A DNA stretch of 34,175 nt, from positions 1 through 34,175 of the forward strand of contig JAUUYO010000001.1 in NCBI GenBank assembly GCA_030590405.1, in the 5' to 3' direction. Positions 1 through 9,646 of this stretch are shown piece by piece. Numbering within the stretch: position 1 is the first letter of the stretch; the number at the start of each line of letters is the position of its first letter. The DNA comes from Kangiellaceae bacterium (GTDB lineage Bacteria; Pseudomonadota; Gammaproteobacteria; Enterobacterales; Kangiellaceae). Below the pieces are notes generated by a model. The model had not been told where the DNA came from and searched no databases. It saw only the letters and a program-made list of their open reading frames with translations. A program made the position numbers and the translations under genes.

Positions 1-856
1 CGGGATCGGTTGCAATAAAAAATGCGCCTATCATGGTTGCGCCAGTAAATAAGTGGAGCCAGCCGGGCAGAAATAGCTCGTTATCAATTAGATGAAAGAA
101 TGAGGCGCAGACAAACAGACTAACCAGCATTGAAGCGGGAATTTGCCAATGGATCAAACGGTTAAAGATCAGGTAAAGTCCACCGAGTAAGAAAAAAGTA
201 TTTAACCAGATCCAGCTTGCCAGATTGGGCGAAAACCTTGGGTCCTGAGTGATCTCGGTGGTCATCAAACCCAGCGAAAAAGCGGTTTTACTTTCATCCA
301 GCGTAGTTGCCATCGTGTAGCCATCGGCCAGCAGTCGAAAATCTTGTAAACGGAGTCCATTACTGGTTATTCCTAAAAAATTGAGCTGTAGGCTCTGCAA
401 CAGATCAGGTTTTAGTTGAGTGAGTTCACTAGCTGGTAACCAGGCTGTCATTTCTACTGGAAATGAAATCAGTAGTAAAACATAACCAACCATCGCAGGA
501 TTAAATGGGTTAAAACCTAAACCACCATAGAGTTGCTTGGCAAAAATAATCGCAAACCACACCCCAACTAAACTCATCCACCAAGGTAAAATAGGGGGGA
601 TTGCGAGTGCAATTAAAATACCGGTCAGCAACGCAGAATTATCGGATAAAGTTTGTTTGATCGGGCGTTTGCGTAACTTCAATACAAATGCTTCCGCTGA
701 AAGTGCATAGATGCTGCAAAGTAACAGATTGATAATTACCCCCCAGCCCAGAAAATAAATTTCTGCCAATATGCCCGGTAGCAGCGCAAAAATGACCAGC
801 CGCATAATGTGGCTGGTAGGTCTGGCATTGTGAATAAATGGCGAAGAATTTATCAA
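1..856 (-). CDS. rnfD: Rnf electron-transport complex subunit D (RnfD/RsxD), 5' part only; C-terminus lies beyond window start
   Basis: Open-ended minus-strand frame, missing from the ORF track because it has no stop in the window. My translation from 856 downward reads (M)INSSPFIHNARPTSHIMRLVIFALLPGILAEIYFLGWG..., the conserved RnfD N-terminus, followed by polytopic hydrophobic sequence. The only in-frame start after the upstream stop (872-874) is TTG at 854-856, overlapping the rnfC stop (TTGA). Position follows rnfA-B-C operon order. Confidence 0.85.
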   Translation of the reverse strand, partial: MINSSPFIHNARPTSHIMRLVIFALLPGILAEIYFLGWGVIINLLLCSIYALSAEAFVLKLRKRPIKQTLSDNSALLTGILIALAIPPILPWWMSLVGVWFAIIFAKQLYGGLGFNPFNPAMVGYVLLLISFPVEMTAWLPASELTQLKPDLLQSLQLNFLGITSNGLRLQDFRLLADGYTMATTLDESKTAFSLGLMTTEITQDPRFSPNLASWIWLNTFFLLGGLYLIFNRLIHWQIPASMLVSLFVCASFFHLIDNELFLPGWLHLFTGATMIGAFFIATDP

Positions 857-2475
857 GTCTGTTCTTCCTTTTTATTTTTTACCCGTAGCAGAGCGGCTTC
901 TATAGCGGACTGTTTGCCATCGGGATCTTTGTTTTGATTACTGGCTGCCAGCTTTCTTGCCTCGGCTGTTTTTTTTCGTTTGGCTTCTCGCTCGGCTTTG
1001 AGCCGTTTGATTCGCTTTTCTCGATTTTCAATTCTTAGCTTGGCTATTTCTGATTTTTTTTGTTTGCTTTTTAAATGCTTGATTTCTGATTTTGAAAATC
1101 GGTAGTAATTGACTAACGGAATTTCACTCGGGCAAACGTAACTACAGGCGCCACATTCAATGCAATCAAATAGATTTTGTTGCTCTAGTTTTTCCCACTG
1201 TTCACTTTGTGCGAACCAATATAGCTGTTGGGGCAATAAAGATGCGGGACAAACTTTTTCACATTCACCGCAACGAATACAAGGCTCGTGAAAGTTGTTG
1301 GGGCTGACGGTTAATCGATCGGCTTTTTCAGAATTAAAAATGATGCAGTTGGTCGATTTTTGGGTTGGAATGTTTAGATCGGATATCGCTTGCCCCATGA
1401 GCGGACCGCCTAAGATGATTTTTGAAAGCTGTTTTGCGTCGATTTGTAATTCAGAAACAATATGGGTTAGAGGTGTGCCAAATGCTACCCAATAATTACC
1501 GGGCTTATTGACTAGATCGCCAGTGACAGTCACAACTCGATGGGTAAGAGTCTGGCCATTGCACACGGCATCATTAATGGCAAACAGGGTTGCAATATTT
1601 TGTACCAGCAGTCCGAGTGCGGCGGGGTATTGATTTTGCGGTACTTGTAACCCGGTGAGCAGTTGGATCAACTGTTTCTCTCCACCGCTCGGATATTTTG
1701 TTTTGGCGACAATAATCTGAATCTTCGGCGATGGTATGTTGCTATCAATATTTTGTTGTAAATACCTGTCGACTTGTTGAGTGAGCACCTCAATCGCTTC
1801 AGGCTTATTGTCTTCTATACCAAACAATATTTGTTTTGCATCGACGATTTTTGCGGTTATTAATGCGCCTTGAAATATCTCCCAGGAATGCTCTCTCAAT
1901 AAGCGATCGTCACAAGTAATGTAAGGTTCGCATTCCATTCCATTGACGATCAATGTTTCTATTGATTTCGCACTTTTTTTTAGTTTTATATGGGTTGGAA
2001 AAGCCGCGCCGCCCATGCCGACGATCCCGGCTTCATGTATCCTGTCGATCAAATCAGCAGGCTCTGCTTGCCACCATTTATCAACCGGCTGGAGTGGTGA
2101 CAGGTATTTATTTGAGGTCGGTTTTATATTAATGGTTGGCATCAATAAACCAGAAGCATGACCAAGATTTTTGTCAGCGACTGCTAATACCTCTCCATCA
2201 TAAGGGCTGTGGGTGTTCGTTGCTATTTGACTGATTGCAGTGTCAAAGAGTTTTTGTCCCGCCGATACATTTTCTCCAACATCGACTAACCGTTGTCCTT
2301 CGATGCCATGCTGCTTTGATATAGGCAAAATTAATTCTTTGGCTGGCGCTAAGTAAGCAATCTTACTTTGGTTCGATATTGACTTATGTTCTGGCGGATG
2401 GATCCCGCCGGGGATTTCAAACCTGGTATGAGAGATAACATTGGCTGGATTTATAATGTCAGTTTGTTTGTTCAC
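853..2475 (-). CDS. rnfC: Rnf complex subunit C (RnfC/RsxC), 540 aa, GTG start
   Basis: Two 4Fe-4S ferredoxin motifs (CIRCGECEKVCP, CIECGACSYVCP). GMGGAAFPTHIKL NADH/FMN-binding-type segment. Lys/Arg-rich C-terminal tail typical of RnfC. AAGGGG Shine-Dalgarno upstream. Operon context. Confidence 0.95.
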   Translation of the reverse strand: MNKQTDIINPANVISHTRFEIPGGIHPPEHKSISNQSKIAYLAPAKELILPISKQHGIEGQRLVDVGENVSAGQKLFDTAISQIATNTHSPYDGEVLAVADKNLGHASGLLMPTINIKPTSNKYLSPLQPVDKWWQAEPADLIDRIHEAGIVGMGGAAFPTHIKLKKSAKSIETLIVNGMECEPYITCDDRLLREHSWEIFQGALITAKIVDAKQILFGIEDNKPEAIEVLTQQVDRYLQQNIDSNIPSPKIQIIVAKTKYPSGGEKQLIQLLTGLQVPQNQYPAALGLLVQNIATLFAINDAVCNGQTLTHRVVTVTGDLVNKPGNYWVAFGTPLTHIVSELQIDAKQLSKIILGGPLMGQAISDLNIPTQKSTNCIIFNSEKADRLTVSPNNFHEPCIRCGECEKVCPASLLPQQLYWFAQSEQWEKLEQQNLFDCIECGACSYVCPSEIPLVNYYRFSKSEIKHLKSKQKKSEIAKLRIENREKRIKRLKAEREAKRKKTAEARKLAASNQNKDPDGKQSAIEAALLRVKNKKEEQT

Positions 2476-2485
2476 GCAATGCCCC

Positions 2486-3055
2486 TTATGAAACCTGTTT
2501 GACCGGGATCAATGTCCCAGATGTCTTTGGGCTGGACCATCGCCAATTATCAGTGGTAATCGCGACAAAGGGCATATCAATACAATCAACCGGGCAAGGT
2601 GGTACACAAAGATCGCAGCCGGTACATTCCGATTCGATGACTGTGTGCATTAATTTAGGCGCGCCGACAATCGCGTCAACAGGGCAAACCTGAATACATT
2701 TAGTACAACCAATACATTCGTCCTCGCGGATCACCGCGACTCGTTCTCTGGTTTCTTCACCGCAAGATTCATCTAGTTCGATCACTTCTAATTCCAGTAA
2801 CTCGGCGAGTGCTTTTATACCCGCTTCACCACCAGGCGGACAACGGTTGATCGCTTCACCATTAGCAATGGCTTCGGCATAAGGTTTACAGCCAGGATGG
2901 CCACATTGGCCGCACTGAGTTTGTGGTAAGAGGTCATTAATTTGCTCGACGATTGGATTACCTTCGGTGCGAAACTTAACTGAAGCAAAACCTAGCAAAG
3001 CGCCACAAATAGACGCGAGCAAGGTAATGATCAGAGTTGCCGTTAATATTTCCAT
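2486..3055 (-). CDS. rnfB: Rnf complex subunit B (RnfB/RsxB), 189 aa
   Basis: N-terminal membrane anchor, [12 protein letters not shown] cluster motif and two 4Fe-4S motifs ([24 protein letters not shown]). Lies between rnfA and rnfC. Confidence 0.95.
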   Translation of the reverse strand: MEILTATLIITLLASICGALLGFASVKFRTEGNPIVEQINDLLPQTQCGQCGHPGCKPYAEAIANGEAINRCPPGGEAGIKALAELLELEVIELDESCGEETRERVAVIREDECIGCTKCIQVCPVDAIVGAPKLMHTVIESECTGCDLCVPPCPVDCIDMPFVAITTDNWRWSSPKTSGTLIPVKQVS

Positions 3056-3057
3056 AT

Positions 3058-3639
3058 TTATAGTTTTACCAAACCAGTAAAGCCCATAAATGCGAGCGAC
3101 ATTAAACCGGCGGTAATCAAACTAATTGCCGCGCCTTGAAAAGGTTGTGGTACATCGGCGACGGCTATTCGCTCTCTAATCGCGGCAAATAAAATCAACA
3201 CTAAAGAAAAACCAAGCGCTGCTCCAAATCCATAAATCACCGACTCAATAAAATTATGCCCTTTATTGACGTTAAGCAAAGCTACCCCCAATACCGCGCA
3301 ATTTGTAGTAATTAAAGGAAGAAAAATACCCAGCAAGCGATACAACATTGGGCTGGTTTTTTGAATAACCATTTCGGTAAATTGAACGACGACTGCAATT
3401 GCCAAAATAAAAGACAGGACTTGTAAATATTCCAGATTAAAAGGCTCAAGAATAAAGTGATTAATCAGATAACTCGCCAGCGATGCCATGGTGAGTACAA
3501 AGGTGGTTGCCGCCGCCATACCGGTTGCAGTTTCCACTCGACTGGATACGCCCATAAAAGGGCACAGGCCTAAAAACTTTGCCAGAACAAAGTTATTAAC
3601 TAGCACGGTACTGACTAAAAGTAGCAGGATATCTGTCAT
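3058..3639 (-). CDS. rnfA: Rnf complex subunit A (RnfA/RsxA), 193 aa
   Basis: Polytopic membrane protein with the conserved RnfA N-terminus ([21 protein letters not shown]). First gene of the rnfABCD order. Confidence 0.95.
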   Translation of the reverse strand: MTDILLLLVSTVLVNNFVLAKFLGLCPFMGVSSRVETATGMAAATTFVLTMASLASYLINHFILEPFNLEYLQVLSFILAIAVVVQFTEMVIQKTSPMLYRLLGIFLPLITTNCAVLGVALLNVNKGHNFIESVIYGFGAALGFSLVLILFAAIRERIAVADVPQPFQGAAISLITAGLMSLAFMGFTGLVKL

Positions 3640-3670
3640 AATTGAGTCCGATTAAACCGTGGATTAACGT

Positions 3671-4015
3671 TTAACTTTCTGCTTTTTGTTTTTTACGTGT
3701 TTGCCAAAAGTGTCTAAGGGACAGTGCAGAGAAAAATACAATGCCCCAAATGATGGTTAATTTTATCAAACCATTAATGATGGCGCTGGACCCTTCGACT
3801 TCAGCTTTTAGCATTGCCGAAATAACCAAAGGTGCATAAGTTTGGGCGTTGGCCACCATGTCTGGAGTAAAAGCGCCAACCGCAATAAAACTGATCAGGC
3901 CAAATTTTAGATGCCATGACAGGTCTTTAACCTTGTAAGTAATTAAGGCTAACAAAAGTATGCCTAAGCCCAAATAAGCTGCCCAGGCGGCGCTGTATAA
4001 TTCAAATGTTTGCAT
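3671..4015 (-). CDS. Small hypothetical membrane protein (114 aa) upstream of rnfA
   Basis: ATG start with GAGGA about 12 nt upstream. Three hydrophobic helix-length segments and a basic C-terminal tail. Co-oriented 31 nt upstream of rnfA. No family recognised. Confidence 0.5.
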   Translation of the reverse strand: MQTFELYSAAWAAYLGLGILLLALITYKVKDLSWHLKFGLISFIAVGAFTPDMVANAQTYAPLVISAMLKAEVEGSSAIINGLIKLTIIWGIVFFSALSLRHFWQTRKKQKAES

Positions 4016-4098
4016 TTTAAGGTTGGATCCTCATAAATATCCCTTACCCCTTTTCACAAAGAGGGGGGGGGCTGATAGGGGACTAGCTGAAAACTTCT

Positions 4099-6168
4099 CT
4101 ATTTCACCCGCATGCCTGGCTGTGCGCCATCATCGGGACTTAATAGCCACAAATCTTTTTTGCCGGGGCCTGCTGCCAGCACCATCCCTTCGGATAGTCC
4201 AAAGCGCATTTTTCTTGGCGCTAAATTGGCGACCATAACAGTTAATTTGCCTACTAAATCTTCAGGAGCGTAAGCTGATTTTATTCCTGCAAAAACTTGC
4301 TTCTCGCCTTCACCAATATCCAGTTTTAATTGCAGTAATTTATCTGCGCCCTCGACATGTTCGGCGGAAATTATTTTTGCTAATCGTAAGTCAATCTTGT
4401 CAAAATCTTCAAATTGAATTTCTGGTTTAATTGATTCTATTTTGGTTGATTTTTCTGCATTGTTTTTCTTCGTTGTCTTACTTATTTGAGCAGCGGCTTC
4501 TACCGAAGAGGCAACCATCGCTTCAACCTGTTTGATGTCGACTCGTTTCATCAGTGGAATAAATTTATTTAATTGATGGGAAAGCAATGGCGACTGAATG
4601 TCTGACCATGTTAAAGGCGAAGCATTTAAAAAGTTTTCTACATTAGTCACCAGTGATGGCAAAACAGGCTTAAGATAGATGCTTAATATTCTAAACAGGT
4701 TGATCCCCATCGAACAAACTTTAAGTGCTTCATCAGCCGTTGCTTCATCTTTTGCTAACTTCCAGGGCGCTTTTTCATCGATATAAGTATTGGCTTTATC
4801 GGCCAGTGACATAATTAATTTAGACGCTTTGCCATAGTCTCTGTTTTCATAATGCGTTTCAACTTGTTTGGCCTCGTTTTGAAATTCTTTAAGCAGCGAT
4901 GGATGATCAATTTCTGCATGCATTACGCCACCTGATTTTTGCACTAACTTGGCACAGCGGCTGGCGATATTGACATATTTATTCACCAGGTCAGAATTAA
5001 CCCGTTGCACAAAATCTTCCAGGTTTAGATCAAAATCGTCAATTTTACTGGATAGTTTAGCGGCAAAATAATAGCGCAAATATTCCGGGTTAAGATATTC
5101 AAGGTAAGTTGCCGCTTTAATGAAGGTGCCTTTTGATTTTGACATTTTGGTGCCGTTAACCGTTAAAAAACCGTGGGCAAAAACTTTGCTAGGCGTACGA
5201 TAATTGGCTGCCGTTAAACAAGCTGGCCAAAACAGGCAATGGAAGTTAATAATATCTTTGCCGATAAAATGATAAAGCTCTGCTTTGCTATCTTTATTCC
5301 AAAAATCATCAAATTCCAGTCCGGCAGTTTTGTCGCATAAATTTTTAAAGCTCGCCATATATCCGATCGGCGCATCCAGCCAGACATAGAAAAACTTATT
5401 CGGTTCGTTTGGAATTTGATAGCCAAAATAGGGCGCATCTCTGGAGATATCCCATTCTTGCAAACCAACGTCTAACCATTCATTCAGTTTGTTAGCCATT
5501 TGTTGACTCACGCCAGTTTTGAGCCATTGTTTTAGCATGGCTTCAAAATCTTGCAGTTTAACAAAGAAATGCTCGGAATCTTTGAGCACCGGAGTGGCAC
5601 CAGAAACTGCGGATTTTGGATTTTTTAACTCAACAGGACTGTAAGTCGCGCTACATACATCACAATTATCGCCGTATTGATCCGCCGAACCGCATTTGGG
5701 ACATTCGCCTTTAACAAAACGATCAGGCAGAAACATTTGTTTTTCAGGATCAAATAACTGGTTAATGGTACGACGAGCGATATGACCATTTTCCAGTAAT
5801 CGATTGTAGATTGTTTCGGTATAAAATTTGTTTTCTTCACTGTGAGTCGAGTGGAAATTATCAAAAGCAATCCCAAAGGCACCAAAATCCTTTTGGTGAT
5901 CGATATGACTTTTTGCAATAAGTTCTTCGGACGTGATGTTTTGCTTTTGCGCGCTCAGCATGATGGGGGTGCCATGGGTATCATCGGCACACACATAATA
6001 GCATTCGTTACCCACCAGTTTTTGAAACCGCGACCAGATATCGGTTTGCACATATTCCAGCATATGACCAATGTGAATAGGCCCATTGGCATAAGGCAGT
6101 GCGCTGGTGATAAGGATCCGGCGATTTCCGTTTGATGCTAATAAATCTTGTGTCGTCTGCTCAGGCAT
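4099..6168 (-). CDS. metG: Methionyl-tRNA synthetase, long form with C-terminal tRNA-binding domain (689 aa)
   Basis: HIGH motif ([10 protein letters not shown]), KMSKS motif (TKMSKSKG), zinc knuckle CPKCGS...CDVC, and a C-terminal EMAP/Trbp111-like domain ([31 protein letters not shown]). Confidence 0.97.
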   Translation of the reverse strand: MPEQTTQDLLASNGNRRILITSALPYANGPIHIGHMLEYVQTDIWSRFQKLVGNECYYVCADDTHGTPIMLSAQKQNITSEELIAKSHIDHQKDFGAFGIAFDNFHSTHSEENKFYTETIYNRLLENGHIARRTINQLFDPEKQMFLPDRFVKGECPKCGSADQYGDNCDVCSATYSPVELKNPKSAVSGATPVLKDSEHFFVKLQDFEAMLKQWLKTGVSQQMANKLNEWLDVGLQEWDISRDAPYFGYQIPNEPNKFFYVWLDAPIGYMASFKNLCDKTAGLEFDDFWNKDSKAELYHFIGKDIINFHCLFWPACLTAANYRTPSKVFAHGFLTVNGTKMSKSKGTFIKAATYLEYLNPEYLRYYFAAKLSSKIDDFDLNLEDFVQRVNSDLVNKYVNIASRCAKLVQKSGGVMHAEIDHPSLLKEFQNEAKQVETHYENRDYGKASKLIMSLADKANTYIDEKAPWKLAKDEATADEALKVCSMGINLFRILSIYLKPVLPSLVTNVENFLNASPLTWSDIQSPLLSHQLNKFIPLMKRVDIKQVEAMVASSVEAAAQISKTTKKNNAEKSTKIESIKPEIQFEDFDKIDLRLAKIISAEHVEGADKLLQLKLDIGEGEKQVFAGIKSAYAPEDLVGKLTVMVANLAPRKMRFGLSEGMVLAAGPGKKDLWLLSPDDGAQPGMRVK

Positions 6169-6329
6169 TTGGGCTCTTTAGTCGTCTATTCGTTTGGGAT
6201 TATAGTAGCCGCAACTATACCGATTTTTTCGCTTTTTTTCATCATTAATTAACCACAAACTGGGTGGGTATTCGGATTAATTATTAGGGTATAATCTCGC
6301 CGTCTTATACTTTGCCTGGATTTAACCTA

Positions 6330-7427
6330 ATGTTGGAACAACAAACACTGCTGGAGCTTATCGGTTCAAGGTCTTTTGCCAGTTTTCCCGCCAATTTGAA
6401 ATTAGTCGACTTTATTACCCAAACGGATATAAAAGGTGGCTCGGTTGAAGTCGATATTCGATTGCCTTTTCCCTGTGAAGGGCTCATCGGCTCATTAAAA
6501 GAAGAGTTAAATGCCTGTCTATCGGAAAAATGGCCGGGAGCAAACTTTAATATCGTTATTAAACAGCATTTGGTGGCTTACGAGACTAAGGCTGGAGTCG
6601 CGCCTTTAAGTCAGGTGAAAAATATTATTGCGGTTGCCAGTGGTAAAGGCGGGGTGGGCAAGTCCACCACCAGTGTTAATTTAGCTTTGGCACTACAAAA
6701 AGAAGGCGCTAAAGTCGGTATTTTAGATGCCGACATTTATGGGCCAAGTATCCCCATTATGTTAGGTATTCCTGAAGCCAGACCAACCTCTAACGACAAA
6801 AAGACCATTTTGCCATTGAATGCTCATGGAATTGAAGCGATGTCGATAGGTTTTTTGGTCGACGAAAAACAAGCCATGGTCTGGCGAGGCCCAATGGCTT
6901 CTTCGGCTTTGCAACAAATAGTCAGAGATACGCAATGGGGGGAGTTGGATTATCTGATAATCGATTTACCCCCAGGAACGGGCGATATCCAACTCACCAT
7001 GGCGCAAAAAATTCCGGTCACCGCAGCGGTAATTGTTACCACGCCACAAGATCTGGCATTAGCGGATGCAAAGAAAGCGATTACCATGTTTGAAAAGGTC
7101 TCTATTCCAGTGATGGGGGTAGTCGAGAATATGGCGACCCATATTTGCAATCAATGTGGTCATCAGGAAGCGATATTCGGTGAAGGCGGTGGTCAGTATC
7201 TTTCCGAGGATTATGACATTCCTTTATTGGGCCAGTTGCCATTGAGTATGTCAATTCGTGAACTATTGGATGCGGGTACGCCAACGGTTGCAGATGATCC
7301 TGACAGTGAGATTAGTCATATCTATCGAGAAATTGCCAGAAATCTGACCGCTAATCTATCGGTATTGGGCAAGGACTTTTCAAAAGGGGCTCAAGGGATT
7401 GATATTTCAACCTGGAAACCTGCTTAG
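6330..7427 (+). CDS. apbC: Fe-S cluster carrier ATPase ApbC/Mrp
   Basis: Deviant Walker A (SGKGGVGKST) and the CxxC carrier motif (HICNQCGH). Divergent from metG, as in enterobacterial synteny. The track starts at TTG 6312; I prefer the in-frame ATG at 6330 (MLEQQTLLEL...). The start is uncertain by 18 nt. Confidence 0.9.
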   Translation: MLEQQTLLELIGSRSFASFPANLKLVDFITQTDIKGGSVEVDIRLPFPCEGLIGSLKEELNACLSEKWPGANFNIVIKQHLVAYETKAGVAPLSQVKNIIAVASGKGGVGKSTTSVNLALALQKEGAKVGILDADIYGPSIPIMLGIPEARPTSNDKKTILPLNAHGIEAMSIGFLVDEKQAMVWRGPMASSALQQIVRDTQWGELDYLIIDLPPGTGDIQLTMAQKIPVTAAVIVTTPQDLALADAKKAITMFEKVSIPVMGVVENMATHICNQCGHQEAIFGEGGGQYLSEDYDIPLLGQLPLSMSIRELLDAGTPTVADDPDSEISHIYREIARNLTANLSVLGKDFSKGAQGIDISTWKPA

Positions 7428-7460
7428 AGCCTTTTGGCAACAATAAAGCCACAACCTCTA

Positions 7461-7541
7461 AAAAACATGAAAAACATGAAAAACATGAAAAACATGAAAA
7501 ACATGAAAAACATGAAAAACATGAAAAACATGAAAGGCATG
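7461..7541. repeat. Tandem repeat, 9-bp unit AAAAACATG x8 perfect plus one variant unit (AAAGGCATG)
   Basis: Counted directly. Perfect units start at 7461, 7470, 7479, 7488, 7497, 7506, 7515 and 7524; the variant unit is 7533-7541. Intergenic, between the apbC stop (7427) and the dcd start (7624). Confidence 0.97.
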
Positions 7542-7623
7542 AAAAAAGATGATCTGTTCGTGCTTTTTACACCTTTCGTGGTAAAATTTCCTTCAGTAAC
7601 CTACATAAATCTAGCGAGCAACA

Positions 7624-8187
7624 ATGAGCATTAAGTCAGACAAGTGGATGAGACGTATGGCCAAAGAAGGCATGATTGAGCCTTTTGAAGCTGGTCAGGT
7701 AAGAGAGAAAGATGGAAATCGGATTATTTCTTATGGCACATCCAGCTATGGATATGACGTGAGATGTTCCAACGAATTCAAAATTTTCACCAATGTTCAT
7801 TCAACGACTGTTGACCCTAAAAATTTTGATGATAAGAGCTTTGTCAATATTACTTCAGATATATGTATTATTCCGCCCAATTCTTTTGCCCTGGCTCGCA
7901 CGGTTGAATTTTTTCGCATTCCGAGAAATATCCTGACTGTTTGTTTAGGTAAATCCACTTATGCTCGTTGTGGGATTATCGTGAATGTCACTCCTTTAGA
8001 GCCAGAATGGGAAGGCCATGTGACGTTGGAATTTTCAAATACCACACCATTACCGGCAAAAATTTACGCTAATGAAGGCGTTGCTCAAATGTTGTTTTTT
8101 GAGTCAGATGAAGTGTGTGAGACCTCTTATGCTGATCGTGGTGGCAAGTATCAAGGGCAGACTGGGGTGACTTTGCCTAAGGCGTAA
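7624..8187 (+). CDS. dcd: dCTP deaminase (187 aa)
   Basis: N-terminus [21 protein letters not shown] and the SSYGYDVR and [10 protein letters not shown]...[19 protein letters not shown] motifs are characteristic of Dcd. Confidence 0.95.
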   Translation: MSIKSDKWMRRMAKEGMIEPFEAGQVREKDGNRIISYGTSSYGYDVRCSNEFKIFTNVHSTTVDPKNFDDKSFVNITSDICIIPPNSFALARTVEFFRIPRNILTVCLGKSTYARCGIIVNVTPLEPEWEGHVTLEFSNTTPLPAKIYANEGVAQMLFFESDEVCETSYADRGGKYQGQTGVTLPKA

Positions 8188-8297
8188 TTCCAAAGCTATT
8201 GGCGGTTATCTGAGATTTCAGTAGGGTAAGCCAACAATTGAAGGCTTATAGATGACATTTAAAATGCTTGTTCTACCTAGGCTAAATAGACATTAGT

Positions 8298-9276
8298 TTT
8301 CATGCCTCTGCATTTAACTCAGAATTACGCTATACTACTTATGTAAGTAGCCATAAAAAGGGTTAAATGTATGAAAGTAGCAGAAATAAGCTTTTTTGAT
8401 TGGAAAGATCGCTTTAACGATGAAGAGTCCTGTCGCCGTTATTTAAAAGAATTGAAATGGCAAAATGGGTTTATTTGTCCTCGTTGTGGTCATGATCATT
8501 CCCACTATATTACGACTCGTCAACTCTATCAGTGCAGTGGTTGCCAACACGAAACTTCGGTCACTGCTGGAACCCTTTTCCACCGAAGTCATTTATCTTT
8601 ACAAAAGTGGTTTTGGGCGGTGTATTTTGTTGGCTCAGATAAAGGAAGTATCTCTGCCGTCCGGCTGAGTAAATTGATCGATGTACATTGGCGTACCGCT
8701 CGACTCGTGTTAAAAAAGCTCCGTAAAGCCATGGGAAACAAGGATAGTCTATACACTTTACATGGTATTGTTGAGGTTGATGATGCGCTTGTGGGCGGTA
8801 AACGTAGCGGTAAAAGAGGTCGTGGCGCAGAAGGTAAAACACCCATCATCATCGCTTGCGAAAGCAATGATAAAAGTGCGGGGTTTATTGCGATGAAAGC
8901 AGTTGAAAGCATCAATCATAAAACAGTCAAAAGCTTTATTGAAAAAAACATATCGAAAGATCAAATTGTCCATAGCGATGCATTATCCGCTCTTAATATT
9001 ATTAGTGAAATTCAACAGCATGAAGCAAGAGTTACGCCTGCAAATAAAGTGGATGGTTGGTTACCTTGGGTGCATATTGCCATAGGCAACTTAAAAACAT
9101 TTTTGTTGGGTACTTTTCATGGTGTTTCTGGAAAATACTTGCAAGAATACCTGGATGAATTCTGTTATCGCTTTAATCGACGGTTTTTTGAAAAAGAAAT
9201 TCCTAACCGTTTGTTAAACTTGGCGATTATTCATTCACCCTTACAATCGTTATGAGTTAAATGCAGAGGCATGAAA
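8298..9276 (+). mobile_element. IS1595-family (ISXO2-like) insertion sequence, 979 bp, apparently intact
   Basis: Perfect terminal inverted repeats. 8298-8320 TTTCATGCCTCTGCATTTAACTC is the exact reverse complement of 9254-9276 (24 bp if 8321/9253 are included). They enclose a single transposase ORF. I found no direct target-site duplication at either candidate boundary. Confidence 0.85.
8371..9255 (+). CDS. IS1595-family transposase (294 aa)
   Basis: N-terminal transposase zinc ribbon (CPRCGHDHSHY...CSGCQHETSVTAGTLFHRS). The ISXO2-like DDE region follows (VEVDDALVGG..., HSDALSA..., GVSGKYLQEYLDEFCYRFNRR). The stop codon lies inside the right IR. Confidence 0.9.
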   Translation: MKVAEISFFDWKDRFNDEESCRRYLKELKWQNGFICPRCGHDHSHYITTRQLYQCSGCQHETSVTAGTLFHRSHLSLQKWFWAVYFVGSDKGSISAVRLSKLIDVHWRTARLVLKKLRKAMGNKDSLYTLHGIVEVDDALVGGKRSGKRGRGAEGKTPIIIACESNDKSAGFIAMKAVESINHKTVKSFIEKNISKDQIVHSDALSALNIISEIQQHEARVTPANKVDGWLPWVHIAIGNLKTFLLGTFHGVSGKYLQEYLDEFCYRFNRRFFEKEIPNRLLNLAIIHSPLQSL

Positions 9277-9621
9277 GCGAATGTAAAAGCATTGATAGAG
9301 TTTATTGCTTATGGTATGCGCTATGTCTTCCCTGCTAAGCCAGCAGAGATAACCAGAGGCATTACAACTTCCATTGCTGCGCCAGTGCTTCAAGGGCAAC
9401 TAATGACTTCTGGCGACTTACCACCGATTTGGCCAGACGCAAAAGGTAATACCAAAGGCGTAGCCATAGAACCACTCCACAAAAATATCAGGTTAGCGGT
9501 AAATAATGACGCCGTGTTATATGCCATGTTAGCCCTTACCGACGCTATTCGTATTGGACAGCCAAGAGAGCGAAATTTGGCATTAGATAAACTCAACCTG
9601 TTAATTAAGGAATTACAATGA
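9271..9621 (+). CDS. Hypothetical protein (116 aa), upstream partner of the nucleotidyltransferase; possibly N-terminally truncated
   Basis: ORF ends 25 nt before the NTase gene. Its ATG (9271-9273) lies inside the right IR of the IS, so the start codon is supplied by the element. No family recognised and no HTH visible. Confidence 0.45.
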   Translation: MKANVKALIEFIAYGMRYVFPAKPAEITRGITTSIAAPVLQGQLMTSGDLPPIWPDAKGNTKGVAIEPLHKNIRLAVNNDAVLYAMLALTDAIRIGQPRERNLALDKLNLLIKELQ

Positions 9622-9646
9622 GCGGCAGAATTGATGAGTCAGTTAA

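Noticed and set aside
4023-4238. 71-aa plus-strand ORF spanning the metG 3' end and the G9 tract
   Set aside because: It overlaps the well-supported metG CDS antisense, has low-complexity Gly/Arg content generated by the G-run, and has no start context.
7461-7541. Possible CRISPR-like array
   Set aside because: The units are 9 bp and directly abutting, with no spacers, and no cas genes are present. It is a simple tandem repeat.
7434-7634. 66-aa ORF encoding an (MKN)n repeat peptide
   Set aside because: It is a by-product of the 9-bp (multiple of 3) tandem repeat. It has a TTG start, no recognisable SD, and runs into the dcd start. Treated as non-coding repeat DNA.
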